A stretch of 64,000 bases of DNA, taken from Lingula anatina. Lineage: Eukaryota; Animalia; Brachiopoda. The stretch is from contig CM120643.1 of NCBI GenBank assembly GCA_051362555.1, forward strand, positions 2,108,001 to 2,172,000. Reading direction: 5' to 3'. Made by a program: the position numbers and the translations under genes. Below, piece after piece: positions 13,229-27,150 of the stretch. A model generated the notes under the pieces. The model had not been told where the DNA came from and made no database searches. It was given only the letters and a program-made list of their open reading frames with translations. Numbering within the stretch: the stretch's first letter is position 1; the number at the start of each line of letters is the position of its first letter.

Positions 13229-13409
13229 ATACTGGACCGGCGGGCAGTTCCATCTGATCCATGAGTGGAAGGTTAGCTATTTCAGCCATAGCATCGTCTC
13301 TTTGATCCAGTTCCTCCTGAGTAAGAGGGATGGGACCCGCGCCAGTAACGGTTGTCACTGTTGTCAAAGCGATGATCAGAAGCACGGCCACGCCTCCTTG
13401 TCCTGTCAT
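13229..13409 (-). CDS. Exon 1 (signal peptide plus acidic linker) of secreted single-VWD-like protein, copy 1
   Basis: ATG at 13409; MTGQGGVAVLLIIALTTVTTVTGAGPIPLTQEELDQRDDAMAEIANLPLMDQMELPAGPV. 181 nt, phase-1 donor GTAAGT at 13228, joins exon 2 in frame. LTQEELD parallels LTPDEIE of copy 2. Confidence 0.78.
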
Positions 13410-13779
13410 CTTCAAGAGAGTCCCCTTTTTGTCAAATGTGTAGCAGAAGGACAAACGGCATCTGCGACTCTCTTTCCCCCGTTCTTCTTATTTATTCAAA
13501 TTTTAAAGGTGGGCACGCAGCAATCCTCCACGTTGACAAACTGAAAGTGCGCATGTGCGCTCTGTTTATGTGCATAGGTTGGTGCAGAGGAGTTGTGGGT
13601 TTTAGAAATAAAAATAAAGAATAAAAGAAACCAGGACAGTGAGATAGAGAAAGAAGAAATTCAAAGAGCATTTAATATCTCTCTTACTCAATTTTACTGT
13701 AAATTCCAAAGCATTCTATGGTGGTCTTTGTCATTTCGCTGCAGGTGAGATCTTCTGAGACGATTGTAAAATAATCCGA

Positions 13780-13946
13780 AGGACCGTAGCCTGGGGGTTC
13801 GGAGGGTTCCAAAAATCGCCCTTTTTGCGGGAAAGTGTCTCCTCTGAGTAAAATTTGATCTAGGCACACAAAGATTTCATAATAAAAGTACCACATTTTT
13901 TTCAGAAAAAGAGCCCTCCCTTTTGAAATTGCTAACTACTGGCCTG
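13780..13946. mobile_element. Short degenerate MITE-like repeat
   Basis: Imperfect ends AGGACCGTAGCC and AACTACTGGCCT. A related fragment (TTTTCAGAAAAAGA..CCC..TTTGAAATTG) lies at about 4790-4840. Confidence 0.4.
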
Positions 13947-15295
13947 AATCTAGTCCAAATGTTTTATTTTAATACTTTTTAATTCATAAATTACTTTTCA
14001 ACTACAAAACTGTCCTAGGGGTTAAAGAAAATTTAAATATTAAGACCAGGGTGAATCTGCTGTATATTATAGAAGTGTACGAATTTGCCAGTCACCCCCA
14101 TATTGTGATAAAGCAATGTCTGTGAGCTACATGCAGCCCATCCCCACGTCTTTTCTTTCTCAGTCAACCAGTTTTAATGCCTCACAATATTACAAATTTT
14201 ATGCTCAGTGGATTATAATCTACAAACTGAATGTCATCCCAGACATCAGACAAAAATTAGCAAACAAGTGGACAATAAAAAGTGCTCCTATATTGTCCCC
14301 ATGTACTCACATAACGTTATCAAACCTTGAGTATTGATGGCATGTTGCTTCCCCCTCCCCAAAGGAGACTTAAGAAAATCATCCACCAAAACTGAGCAGT
14401 CTTCCTTAATTAAACTTAATTAAACTCTTACGTGTCAAATGTAGCTCTGCATTCGTGGAAAATCAACGTTTAAAACAAGTTTCTGAAACCATTTAGGTGA
14501 TTTAAAAGTAATATGTAATATGATATTTTAGAAAATAACGGCCCTATAAATAATAAGTTTTGTTCAATTCGTTGATTCATCAAAATTCTTTACGTGTGAA
14601 TGCAGTGTTACTTTTCCTGATTTTAGGGAAAAGAACGTTACACTTTTCTACTGACACATCTTCATTTTACGTTTTTCCAGAAATTGCGAGGAGGAAAATG
14701 TTACAGCTCAGTAAACTGAGTATATTGGGTATGGGGACTATGTGTGTAGTATTAATATAACAAAAGTCAAAACGCAAGCTGAGTATATGGGGTCACAATC
14801 AACTCTTACTTTTAAAGCAACATTATTTGCGTCATGCTATTAGAACACAGCTTTCACTCTTTTCCGCATTGAATTACGTAGATTTAATGTAATTTTCATC
14901 AACGCATGTAGGGTACCCTTCACCCTCCTACCCCCAGCAAACACCAGTTCAGAGTCTTATCTCCAAGCTCTGGCACAAGAAATGAGAGCAGGTAAAAGGG
15001 CAATATAGTTGACTTGCAGCCACTTGGTTATGGAATAAAGAAACAAGTATTAGTAGTTTCTTACACCCACAAAGGGTAGCAGGGACATCAAAGAAATTTT
15101 GCTTCTTTTACTATATATTTTATTCTCAATCATGCATTTTTGTTTCAATTTCTGACCAATTCTTTATTTGTTCAAGCTGTTTCATGGTGTTGGCTGAGCT
15201 ACTGAAAGAAGTGCAAATCATTATTATTATTATTATGGTTAATTATTTGACTTTCCCTCATTCACTCCATCATGCTTCATCATTATGTATTATCC

Positions 15296-15770
15296 GAAGA
15301 TTTTAATTTGTGTTTGGGAGCTCAGGTAAAATATGCTGGCAATAGGAAAGACGTTGCATATTTAATGAAGTGTTTGAGCTAGTTGACAGCATCTTTTTGT
15401 CGGTGTTTTCTGTATTATTTGAAGATTTTAATTAGTGTTTGGGAGCTGAGATAAAATATGATGGCAATAGGAAAGACGTCGCATATTTAATGAAGTGTTT
15501 GAGCTAGTTGACAGCATCTTTTTGTCGGTGTTTTCTGTATTATTTGAAGATTTTAATTAGTGTTTGTGAGCTGAGATAAAATATGATGGCAAAAGGAAAG
15601 ACGTCGCATATTTAATGAAGTGTTTGAGCCAGTTGACAGCATCTTTTTGTCGGTGTTTTCTGTATTATTTGAAAATTTTAATTAGTGTTTGGGAGTTGAG
15701 GTAAAATATGATGGCAATAAGAAAGACATCGCATATTTAATGAAATGTTTGAGCCAGCTGACAGCAGATA
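15296..15770. repeat. 125-bp tandem repeat, about 3.8 copies
   Basis: Units start at 15296, 15421, 15546 and 15671 (GAAGATTTTAATTAGTGTTTGGGAGCTGAG...). The paralogous site near 54101 has a single copy. Confidence 0.95.
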
Positions 15771-16775
15771 TTTGACGCAAACGTTGAGCATAAAACCTTA
15801 CAGGCCAAAATTATTAAATGACTTTCCCCGCATGCTATCAAATTCGAGATTTTATTCATTATACTTGTCAAATGAAATGTTGTATTTATGGAAAACCAGT
15901 CTTCAATTTTCATTTAAATCCACTGACTGGTATCATTATAGTGTTTTTAAAAAGCAATTTGATGTTTTAGATTATGACGAGCCTATGAATACCAGTTTTT
16001 ACTTACTCCCTCGTGATCAGCTGTCTCTTCCAAAATATCTTTACTTCATAATTAATGAAAATTAACAAACACAAGCCGATAAACTTTCATATCTTAGTTA
16101 GAGGTCAGTGAGCAACAACATCTACTCACATCAGTCTGATGAGTACCTACGTCCAGGTTGACCGTTTGCTAACGGTATGAAAGTCTTCCAGCTCCTAGTT
16201 TTTTTTTTTTTTAATTTTCTTATTCCTAGTCATGCATTTTGGTTTCGATTTCTCACCAATTATATATTTGTTCAAGCTCTTTCAGGGTGCTGCCTGAGCT
16301 ATTGAAAGAAGTGCGTTGCTGTTATTCTGTGATGATACACGAATAGCTAAATTTAATTTCAACGACCATATGTTGCCATTTCTGTTTTAGTCATTGCATT
16401 CTGATTCTTCTGAATATTTTAATAAACGGCTGGGAACTGAGGTAAAATATGATAGAAATAGCAAATTTAATGAAGAGATTTAGCCAAAAGCTTCCATTTG
16501 TGGTACATTTTGAACATAAAAACCTCAAAGGCTAAATAATTAAATTGTTTTCTTCCTACGTTCTGTCAAATTCGAGATTAAATGTATCTTACGTGTTACG
16601 TAGAAGTCTGCATTTATGGAAAATCAACGTTTAATGTCCATTTACATTACTTTTCTGAAGTCATTCAATTGAATTCTAAAAAATATATATGGTATTTGGA
16701 ATATGACTAGCCTATAAAAACTTCAGATATATTGTTTTTTATACTTAGCATTTCAAAACGATCATTAAACTTCCT

Positions 16776-17615
16776 GGCTCAAATCGCTGTAAGGTACTGA
16801 AACAGCTGAACTGGGTTTCACTAGAGGAACGTCGAAGAAACCGCACGAAAATAATCATGTTCAATATCCACAATCAACTAGCACCTTCCTACATGTATGT
16901 CTCTACCTATTTCATCCCATTTAGAAACAAATCCATGCTACCTCTACGGACAACATCTAAAAGAGACTACATAATTCCCTCTAAATTCACATACAAAGGT
17001 CCTGAACACTTTTTGATGACAAGCTGGGATGAACTAAACACCACCCAAAAAAATCTTCCTTCTGCATCCTCTCTCAACTATAACCTTAGAAAGGAAACCT
17101 TCCCAGCAACAATGTCCACCACCCATCTGAAGCTTATGAGACAAAATGAAAAAATCCTAAACAAGGCCCGGGTCGATTTGTTATTTAGAGCCCAACTATA
17201 TGACCACAACTGGACAGCTATGGCTTCTCCCAACTGTTTATGTGGGAAACCCGAAACCATCCGTCATTTTTTTCTTTCAGTACCCTCTGAAACAGAGGCA
17301 ATATCATGATCTCTACGAATCTGTTGAAGATATACTTGGTGTAACCTATGTATATTTCAGAACCCAACTATATAAGATATCCCTGTTCCATCATAACCAT
17401 AAAATACTAACATCTGGACAAAACGATAAAATTTTTGAAATAGTGTCGGATTTCTTAATCAAAAATGTCTGAATCATCTTCCATATCTGTTCTGGCGCCT
17501 ACCACTCACTCCTGATTGCCTATTGCCCCCTCTTCCCCATAAATACCTTTCCCCTATGCCCTGTCCCTCACTCCCCTCTAATGCCACTCATGTCCTCGTC
17601 AGTCTTTTCCTTGAA

Positions 17616-17664
<49 letters not shown>

Positions 17665-17763
17665 TAATTTCAAAGGTGAGCATGTAATGCCTAGGCGAAT
17701 TGCCACCTTCAATTATACTGCAACAATATTTAACCTTCTTGAGAATAAAGATGTTTAAAAAAA
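16776..17763 (+). mobile_element. 5'-truncated LINE (CR1/L2-group-like ORF2 C-terminus plus 3' UTR)
   Basis: LKQLNWVSLEERRRNR..MFNIHNQLAPSY and CLCGKPETIRHFFL; (TAT)n at 17616-17663; AATAAA and a short A tail; 12-bp target-site duplication ATTAAACTTCCT at 16764-16775 and 17764-17775. Confidence 0.85.
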
Positions 17764-18093
17764 ATTAAACTTCCTCTGTCAGCACCTCTTGATTTGCACA
17801 ATCCCAAATCCTACCTATCACTATCGTTTTATCTCAGATACAATTAGAAATACAACACTGTCTCAAATTAAGCCATAAGTTATCTGTTACCGCGTTAATC
17901 TGTTTGTGGTGAGAGAGAGTTTTACCTGTAAAGAAGAAACATCTGCTGTATTTTAACGATGCTGATGAGTTGGACTGAAACTGTGTTTTTGTTCACCTCG
18001 TAGATTCTTCAGAATTTTTCTATCTATCTATCTATCTCCCTGTCTTTCTATCTATCTATCTATCTATCTATATATATATCCATCCATTTACTA

Positions 18094-19480
18094 CACACAC
18101 TGGACAAAAAAAGTGTCACCCCTACTGAGCCAATACTATGGGGGAGATAAATTACTGTGGAATGATATGCTCCTGGTATAATTTTATTAACATCAAATTT
18201 CACAAAAAATCACAAAATGAGAACAAAATATACATTCTACCAAAATATGCAGTTTTAAGTCCAAAATTAGTACTTAGTGGCATAGCCACGTGACCTAATA
18301 ATAGGTGCCAGTCTACGAAGCAAGGTTTCATATAATTGTCTGATGCGTTCAGGGCTTATTCTGGCCCAAGCATGAAACACATGAATATAACAGAGTTTCT
18401 CTGCTGGTGAGACGGGCATTTGTAAAAAGTTTTGACATATCATTCCACACATTTTCTATTATGTTTGCACCCGGACTCTGGGCAGGCCACATCACCCTGC
18501 GAATGTCCTGTTGGTCAAACCAATCATCAACTGCTCTGGGCCTGTGACAAGGAGCATTGTCGTCCTGGTGAAAAAATGGATAATTCCTGTCACCAAACAT
18601 GTTAGTAATAGATGGTAGCAAGCCTGACTCCAAAACATCGATATATTTCCAGTGATTCATGTTTCAAATAACCACTATCAATTCGCCCAAACCATGGATG
18701 CTGATGCAGCCCCACACCATGATGAATATGCTGCTTCGGGTTCGAAAATTCAGTGCATGTGTTTCAAATGCTTTACCAGCAGTTTGCCAGCATAGTACCC
18801 GTCTGTCATCAGAGGTCAGACCAAAGCGACACTCATCAGAAAAAAATATATAGGACCAATTGTCATGAACTGTCCAGTTCCAGATCCTGTTGACCCTAGT
18901 TTACTCTACGTTGCCTGTTTTGTAACGATATAAGAGGTTTCAGTCTTGCTACCCTGATGTACACTCTCTGAGCATGTAACCGACTCCTAGCAATTTTCAC
19001 AGACACATTCTTATGTGTGAAATTGTTCCACTGTGTTGTCAACTGACAAGCAGTGTCGAACTTTGACAACCTGGACATCAAAATCAGTCGTCGGTCTTCA
19101 CGGCCAGTATTTTTTCTTGGACGACCCATCAGAGGCAATTTGTCTCTTGATCCAGTGTTTCTATACCGAGACCAGACCCTCTGCACGGTTCTGACTGAAC
19201 AATTCAATTGTACCGATATTCTGACATTGCTTATATTCCGCCTCTTCAGGTTAATAACTTGCACCTATAACCGTTAGATAATTGCCTGTATTTTACCATA
19301 TTGGAGGAAGACAGGAATAAAATTTGCTGTACATGTACAAGACCAACAATACAATTCCATGGTATCGCAGTTTTATACTCATTAGTCACATTATAAGTAG
19401 ACCAGGCATTATAAGTACCCAAGATCTGCCGACATTATTACTCTGAGTTAGGGGGTGACACTTCTTTTTTCCAGTGTGTG
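18094..19480 (-). mobile_element. Tc1/mariner DNA transposon (Tc1 family), full length but decayed
   Basis: TIRs CACACACTGGACAAAAAAAGTGTCACCCC and GGGGTGACACTTCTTTTTTCCAGTGTGTG; TA duplication at 18092-93 and 19481-82; empty paralogous site CATTTACTACCT near 57177. Confidence 0.95.
18267..19299 (-). pseudogene. Tc1 transposase pseudogene (DD34E)
   Basis: HTH ISVQLNCSVRTVQRVW, GRPRK, FSDE (~18835), MVWGCI, HQDDNAPCHR...WPAQSPGANIIENVW with 34 residues between D and E; ends IIRSRGYATKY; split by several frameshifts. Confidence 0.93.
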
Positions 19481-19482
19481 TA

Positions 19483-22372
19483 CCTATGTTTCACTTTGGT
19501 GTATCACGTTGACATCACCAGTTCTAGCTTCAAAGATTCAATTTTATTCAATCTATTTTTCAACCAAATTCTCTTAGCCTTACCTCCAGTGATCATTTTA
19601 TTTTCAATCCAAATTTCAGTCTCCTGGTCGACACACGCATCTTCATCGATTGAATTCCTATCCACAGCACACTGTCATCTGTAATCCTCAATTTCGTCAA
19701 TAAGTGAGTATATATATATCCAACAAAAATTGCAATAACTTAATTGATTTACGTGAAACCTTATACATGATAGGTACATGGGGACGTCATTATTCCTGTA
19801 ACTTATTTAGGTGACAATACCTTTTTCAACGTCAAATGTAAGTTCCACAATGTCCCGTTACATCAGTATTATCATCGGCGGTCATAACTTTATATGTTGT
19901 ATCTTACTGGGCTCTACCTGACATTTCTATCATCCAAGATCTGTGATCGAAATCCTAAAAAACATATTGTTAAAATGAGGCTAAAATAACTTGTTTCTGA
20001 TTAGTATTTCTAAATTTGTTTTTCTCCCACTTAGTTCTCACATGAGTTTCTTCAGTGTCATCGCTTCGTTAATCACAGTACTTGTCTTTTATCATACAGA
20101 TGAACAAATCTACGTGTAAGTAGGACACCTCAAACTGGCTCTGCCTCATACTATCCTCGTGGTCATTTAGCATTTCAATTCATGAATATTTCCCCTGTTA
20201 TCGCAAAGAACCCTTTGTTTTGGATACAGATTAGATAAAATGGAACAGATCAGTTTAGTGTCGTATGTATTAAGCCATATGAGCAACCTGTTACTGGGTT
20301 AACCTATTTGTGGTGAGAAAATTCATCAGCAGCTACGTGCTCGTGTAATATGCTGCTCTTATGCTGTATGCTGTACTAGTATGATATCTGTGAAGCAGGT
20401 ATCAGTCTTCTCGTCGTAAATTCTTCAAATATTTTACTTGATGTTCAGATTTTGAGAGATGTAATAAATCAAACTATTATCTTAGAAGAAATCACTAATA
20501 AACCTAGATTTTTACAGAACTGCTGAGCATCAGAATATAGCAACTTCCCCTGAATAATTTAGCAGGCTGGGTTTGCGGCCACTATTACACCATAATACAT
20601 AAGAATGTCATAAATTGCCCTATAACTGTATAATTTCTCAAACAAATCATACATCTTTGTCTTGTTTCCCTGTATTTTATAATGTACCGCTAAAATACAT
20701 GCACATACTGAACGTTGGACAACCTCACAATAAGAATCCACCATTTAAACTCCTTACTAGTACATATAGAATGACGATAGATGGCAGTGTTGCATTGTCC
20801 TCTGTCAGCATACTATCAGCAGGTAGAATGATGACAAAACCTGAGCGGATCCAGATATGTTTTCTGGCAGTATTCCAAATTATCTTTGTTGATCCATTCT
20901 CCATTTTTAATGGTCTTCCAACAGAAAAAATAGATACCCGTCAATGTTAAAATCTGACCGACTTCCGGAAGACCCAAAAGACGGTTTCAAACCGCCCCTG
21001 GTTTACGGTTTACTGAGCAGAATGTCCCGATTACAGTCTCAGAGACAATGCCACTTTCTGCCCATTGACCGTATTAATTCAACATTACAACCCACTCCTC
21101 ATCCTCTGTGCCACGTGGCATTGGACGTAGGGGTGCTTTCAGTCACTGCTACCTCTCTCTGCCCGCCCCTCCCCATTCTTGTGCGTGAATTATACTGGCA
21201 CAGAAGATCAATGTCACACACTAATATCTCAGCTTATTAAAAATCAAATAGATAAAATAACTATCGCTGATGATTAATTGAAACAGTTGTGTTTGCGGAG
21301 TCTTAGCACGAATTGTGGTATACGCGCGATGGCAGTCATTGCGTTTGATGAGACAAAAAGAAAAAAGCACAATCTGGACCTGCCATAACCCTTGATAAAA
21401 TGGCAGCATACACACAGCAACAATCAAAATCTAAATTTTGCGTAAAATTAATCAATTATTATTTTGTACTTGTGCTGCCTGCCGGCGGCGACAGCTTTTG
21501 GTGGCCGTATGATTTACACGGGTGCATTCTCTTAAAACTTTTTTTCTACTTTGCCGTCCCACTGTTGCTACCTCCTCCGGACCCCTCCCCCCCCTGAATA
21601 TACAGCATGTGACAACATTTAACCATCTGGACCCTCTCACTGTGCCGCCCCTTCCCCCGGTTCCCCAGTGAATATACCCCAAGCGGCATCATTTTAATCC
21701 CTGGACCCTCCCACTGTGCCGCCCCTTACCTCTTGGACCCCCAGGTTGCTCTACCACAACCGGTTTTATTTTTACCCTTTATTTTTACCGAAATATAAAC
21801 TGAGAATTACACTCTTGCATCTGAAGACATTTGTGTATTTTATTTTCTCATATATCTCATTTTATCTTTTTAGACCTTATTTCTATTTTTACGCGATCAC
21901 TGATGGCGTCTCTATCTCTCACCACTTTTTGGGCATTCTTTTCTCGAACAGAGGGTTTACTGGCGGTTATCATTTCACTTATTGTATTATTGTTTTGTTT
22001 TTGTTTTTTTCTTGGGGGGGGGGGGCGATTTCCTTTTCAAAAATAATGTTAAAAATTGCTACGTTTTTGCATACTTTATTCAGAATGAAGCAAAGCTAAA
22101 AGATAGAACTGAATCTGCCCCATACACACAATGTTTGAATTTTAACCTCCACTAACATAGCATATGTAATAAATGATGTGCATATTAAAAATGCACTCAC
22201 AGAAACAAATAAGATTAGCAGTGCTACACAACAACAAAATAATTTAAATCCCTGTCTGCAATAAAGATTGTAAACGGATAATATGAAACAGAAAATACGA
22301 CCTATCGTGAAAGTGAACGAAAGAATTAATGAAAAAGAAAAACCAATAAATATAGTTAACTGAATCATATTC
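19483..22372 (+). repeat. Segmental duplication block A (paralogous to 61347-63990; first ~0.9 kb also to 57184-58090)
   Basis: Long co-linear matches, for example 20461-20830 vs 62323-62700, 21471-21512 vs 63150-63193 and 22071-22150 vs 63801-63877. Confidence 0.92.
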
Positions 22373-22605
22373 CTACAAATATGCCTAAAAGTGTTTAGAA
22401 AAAAAATAATGATTGAGTAATATAAGTGAAATTCGCTTGCCCTACAATTTGTATTTTTAGGGAATACAGTAAATAATTATGTGACATGGAATTATGTGAC
22501 AGAACAAATTTGATACTACACAACCGTACTAATATATTCATCTATATATTCAGGCATATGCACATAAAACCCTGACTGCTGTTTAAAAAAAATCCCACTG
22601 TCAGC

Positions 22606-22778
22606 CAGTTATTTGAGGGTGCACTAGGAGTCGGTATCAGCTTCCAAACTGCCAGTATGACTGAGGTAGTCAGTTATTTGAAGGTGGAGTCAGGATCAGA
22701 TGTCATACTGACAGTATGACTGGGACAGTCAGTTATTTGAAGGTGGAGTCAGGATCAGATGCCATACTGACAGTATGA
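22606..22778. repeat. Minisatellite, about 3 copies of ~59-65 bp
   Basis: CAGTTATTTGA(A/G)GGTG..GAGTC recurs at 22606, 22671 and 22730. Confidence 0.75.
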
Positions 22779-23979
22779 TATTTTTAAATATTAAAATATT
22801 AATAATCTGCTACTCACATCCACAATTTACATGATGATATGTTTCCTATTTGTTATGTAATAGTAAAATTAAAGCTACCTTTATGGGCACCCTTGTAGCA
22901 ATGTGCATACTTGTGGAAGGGGTGACTCTTTTTTGCGACATTCTGGTGTAGTTTGACTATTTGGTAAATGGGAAGACTTATAGTAAGTGACAATTTCAAG
23001 GTACTGCAGGTGTATATGAAAATATAATAAGACTGCATTCCCACATATTTTAGATCAATCTATCCCCGTGGGGAGTCTCACTAGATTATAAATAGGTTCA
23101 AAATCTTTTTAAAAAGGCTCCTCACACCAAAATATAATTAAATAATGATTAAATAACTTAAATAAGTAAGATATTTGAGTTTTAACAGCATTTGCAGTTA
23201 CCTGATTGGAGCAGAAACTTAAAATAAAAGCATATATTTTTCAATTTTTTTTAAACGTTTATTTTGATCAAAATTCTATTTAATTATACTAACGATCTTT
23301 CTGCAAAGCATTTCATTTAAAAAGCATAATCCATTAACTTTGAGGTAATTGAAATGAATATTTTTTTCATTTTTAAATAGAAAATCTACCCATTGATATT
23401 ATCCCTAATCCACATAAATTAATTTTTTGTATGTAAATAGTGAAAGGAAAAAGAGTAACAAACATCTTTCTTTTCCCCAAAACATCGTTTATTACAGTCA
23501 AATAAAGAACATGTTACAACAAACAAAACTAATTTAACTAGTAACTAAAAGAATTATCTTCATACAAAAAGAACAATGTACTTACACTAAAACAGTTTTA
23601 TGTACAGCATAACAGTACTGATAGGCCTCCATTAAAAAAATACATTTCCACTATTTAAAAACCAAATTGAAAATATCTAGCAAAAAGATTGACTTATGAA
23701 ATAAAATATGTGAAAGAAATATAAGGTAAGTGCATAAACATGTATTCTACAAACACAAAAGTTATTTTGTATTTTAAAAAGAATTAAATTTATGCAGATT
23801 TACAAATAAATCAAATAATCAAATAAATAAAAAAACTGCCAACTGTTACTATATTTGAAAAATACTATTGTAATTGGTATGTACTAAGACTATGTCATAT
23901 ATTGTATAAATGCAAATAAAATTACAAGTTTTAACCAAGAAAATTAAAATATCTTACAAAAAAAAAAAAAAAAAAAAAA

Positions 23980-26900
23980 TGACAGACTGAAAGACATGCT
24001 GCGAGCGGGCTGCCCAACTCCACTCCCTTTATGAATGGTGGGAATTGTATGGAAGGAAGTTGGGGAGGGGGGTAGGAGTTTTCCATGCTCTGTCCAGCTG
24101 AAGTGAGGTTTACTCTCCGTTTTGCCGTTCTGCCTTCATCTGCAGGTAAGTCTACATTAAACATGTAACAATGCACAAATATGTACAATAAATAAATAAA
24201 TAAATAAATAAATTAATAAATTAATTAATAACTATGCAAATAAAATAATAACTGTGGAACAGTATATAAAAGATAATATACACAAGGTAAAATGTACTCA
24301 GATATGTGCCAGGAAATACAAATGTACAATATAAATATACAGAATACATTATACATAACTAAATAAGGCCTACATTCAGGTGGGCCATAAGTTAAAGGTA
24401 GTATAAAATTTTGTAACTTGTGCATGATAGTTTTTAATTTATGAAAATTACAGAACACTTACATGAGCAAAAATAAATAAATAAATAAATAAATAAATAG
24501 TGTGTATTTTAGCAGCTTTTCTTCACCCTGGGGACTTGGTGTTGTTACCTTCACCTGGGGTGCTACAGATGGTATGCTGGCAAAGACATGAACAGGGGCA
24601 CTGGGCTGGGGCAACAGCCTTGGAAGGAGCTCTATGGGTGCTGGTGGTGTTGCCTTTGGGCTCACTGGTCGCCGGAGGGCAGGCAGTAGCTTATTCTATG
24701 CCATCAAAGGCGGAGGCAAGCCTTGCATCAGGACCATTTTTTCGAGCCCCTTTTGCCTGTCATTCCACCTAAAAATAAGGTTAATCAAAATTACAAAACT
24801 GATGAAAAAATGTTATCAAAATTATTGATTCCTACATGGAAGGAACAAGGCAGCAAAGCTGTCAAATGTGCAGACAAAAAGCAGGAAATAAATATGCACA
24901 AAATAGGCTACTGTCAATTCTGATGCAAAAGTACTTTATGTTAAACTACAAATTCAACATCAAATTTTAATTATGCTCAACAGGTAATACCAATGCAAGT
25001 AAAATGTGTAACAAGCATAAGGCTTCAGGCCCATGGGAGTTCAAGTTCACACTTTGAAAATGTATGACGTCCAGAAAAAGAAGCCAATTAGACTGCTTTT
25101 CCAACTCAGGCAGCATTTTAGTCCTGTATTTCTTTTTTGAAAGTTTGACAATCATAAGTAACATGGTTTTCCCATATAGCCATCATGGCAGCAGCACCCA
25201 AAATTGTGTTTTCTTCTATTCTGATGCAATATTACATAATGGTTAACAGCATAATGACCGTCAATTTTTAATAATATATGTATCATGGATTTTCCGAAAA
25301 TGTGACTAGCATGGGTCTTCAAGCCCGTGGAACTTCAAAGTCACACCTTGAAAATGCCAATATGTGAAAAATTAAATTTTCACAAAAAAACTGTTAAACT
25401 GGCAGAAAGAATTACCAAACAGACTGCATTGCCTACTGAAGCTGTATTTTAGTCCCATGTTTCTTTCCTGTGAGACTGAGAACAGTAAGTGACATGGTTT
25501 TCCTTAAATGGTCATCATGGGAGCAGTGCCCAAAAAGTTTTTTTTTTCAAATTTTGATGCAATATTACAAAATGTTTAACAGCATAATGACCATCAATTT
25601 TTAATAATAAAATATTAGTATCATGGATATTCAGAAAATGAGACTAGCAAAGGTCTTCAGGCCCATAGAACTTCAAAGTCACAACTTAAAAATGTCAAAA
25701 TGTAAACAAGACAGCACTGTTCTGAAATGTTTTTTTCCCCATTTTCAACAGTTTTTTAACATAAAACAAAATTAACAGTTTACTGCCATTTTTATATGAT
25801 AAACTAAGAACATTGATGCGATGGGAAAGATATCAAAACAACAGTGTTAAATGTCCAATTTCTTCCATTCTGAGATTCTGAACATAGTGAATGATTGAAT
25901 CTGACAAACTGCAATGATATGAGTTTATTTCCATTTTTGAAACTTTATTACACTATACACCATGACAAGTTTACCATCATTTTTACATTATCAACTAACG
26001 ATGTTGTAAAGATGCAGGAAATGTCAAACAAACACTTTTATGTATCTCATTAGTTAAATAATGAAACTGTTAACATGCCTAAGAATTGAATTTGAGGAAA
26101 TGTGAAAAAACAACTTCTAAAATAATGGCCCGATTATACTGATTTTTCAACTCAACCTGCGTTTTAGCAGGATTGACCATTCCTGTGAGTTTAATGACAA
26201 TTGGCCAATTTGTTTTTCTTATATTGTGTTTACAGTGTTGCATATATGCTGAAAAGTGAAAAAAAGCATAACTACTAAAATAGTGGCCCGATCATGCTGT
26301 TTTTCGAACTTGACCTGCGTTTTAGTAAGATTGATTACTCCTGTGAGTTTTATGACAACAGGCCTATCGGTTTTCCTTGAAATGTGTTTACAGTGTTGCA
26401 TATATGCTGAAAAGTGAAAAAACTGCATATCTTCTACAATAATGGCCAGATCATGCTGATTTTCGAACTTGACCTGCGTTTTATGAATATTCATTAGCTC
26501 CATAAACATAAAAACAAAAAGTAAAACTGCCTTCCACTTATCGTGTTTACAATGAAAGTGCACGGCGCCGGCATCTGTGTCTGTACATAAAAAATGTTTA
26601 ACACCACAACAGAAACCGCAGTGAAATATCTCTTTAGTAGTAATATTTGTTCCCACATATTACACTTTTGATTTGTACATGTAGTATTTTTATTGACAAA
26701 TCAACTGATGAAACAAATTTAAAATAACTGAAATAATGTACATGCTTAAAAAATTTAATAAAATTCTTACCATTTCAGTAGCGTTGATTTCATACAGCTG
26801 GATGTTGGTTTGGCTCATCAGTCTATCATGCAGTGGAGAAACATCCACTGCTGTGGCAGGACCTGCTGATGCTCCCACCATTGCTCTGGAAAAAAAATGG

Positions 26901-27117
26901 AAAAAAAAATGAACTATCCTCCTTTCATATTTGGAAAGATTTTGTCCCTAATTTTGCTCTTTGAAGAAGTAAATTCCATCACAAATGACAGTTTTTTGTT
27001 GTTATTTTTTAAGGAATTTAAACTAGTTGCGTGCATAACTTTATCATGATTAAATTTAGAAAATGCAATAGAGTCTTATCTTCTGAAGCTCTTTGAAGAA
27101 GTAAATTAATCACAAAT

Positions 27118-27150
<33 letters not shown>

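Noticed and set aside
17961-17985. CTGATGAGTTGGACTGAAAC (also near 55224) as a hammerhead core
   Set aside because: No canonical stem II, I or III pairing; part of the repeated non-coding module.
20559-20744. Similar small ORFs at 20559-20744 and 62421-62606 as a conserved peptide gene
   Set aside because: Similarity is explained by the DNA-level segmental duplication; the N-terminal parts differ and no splice or promoter support was seen.
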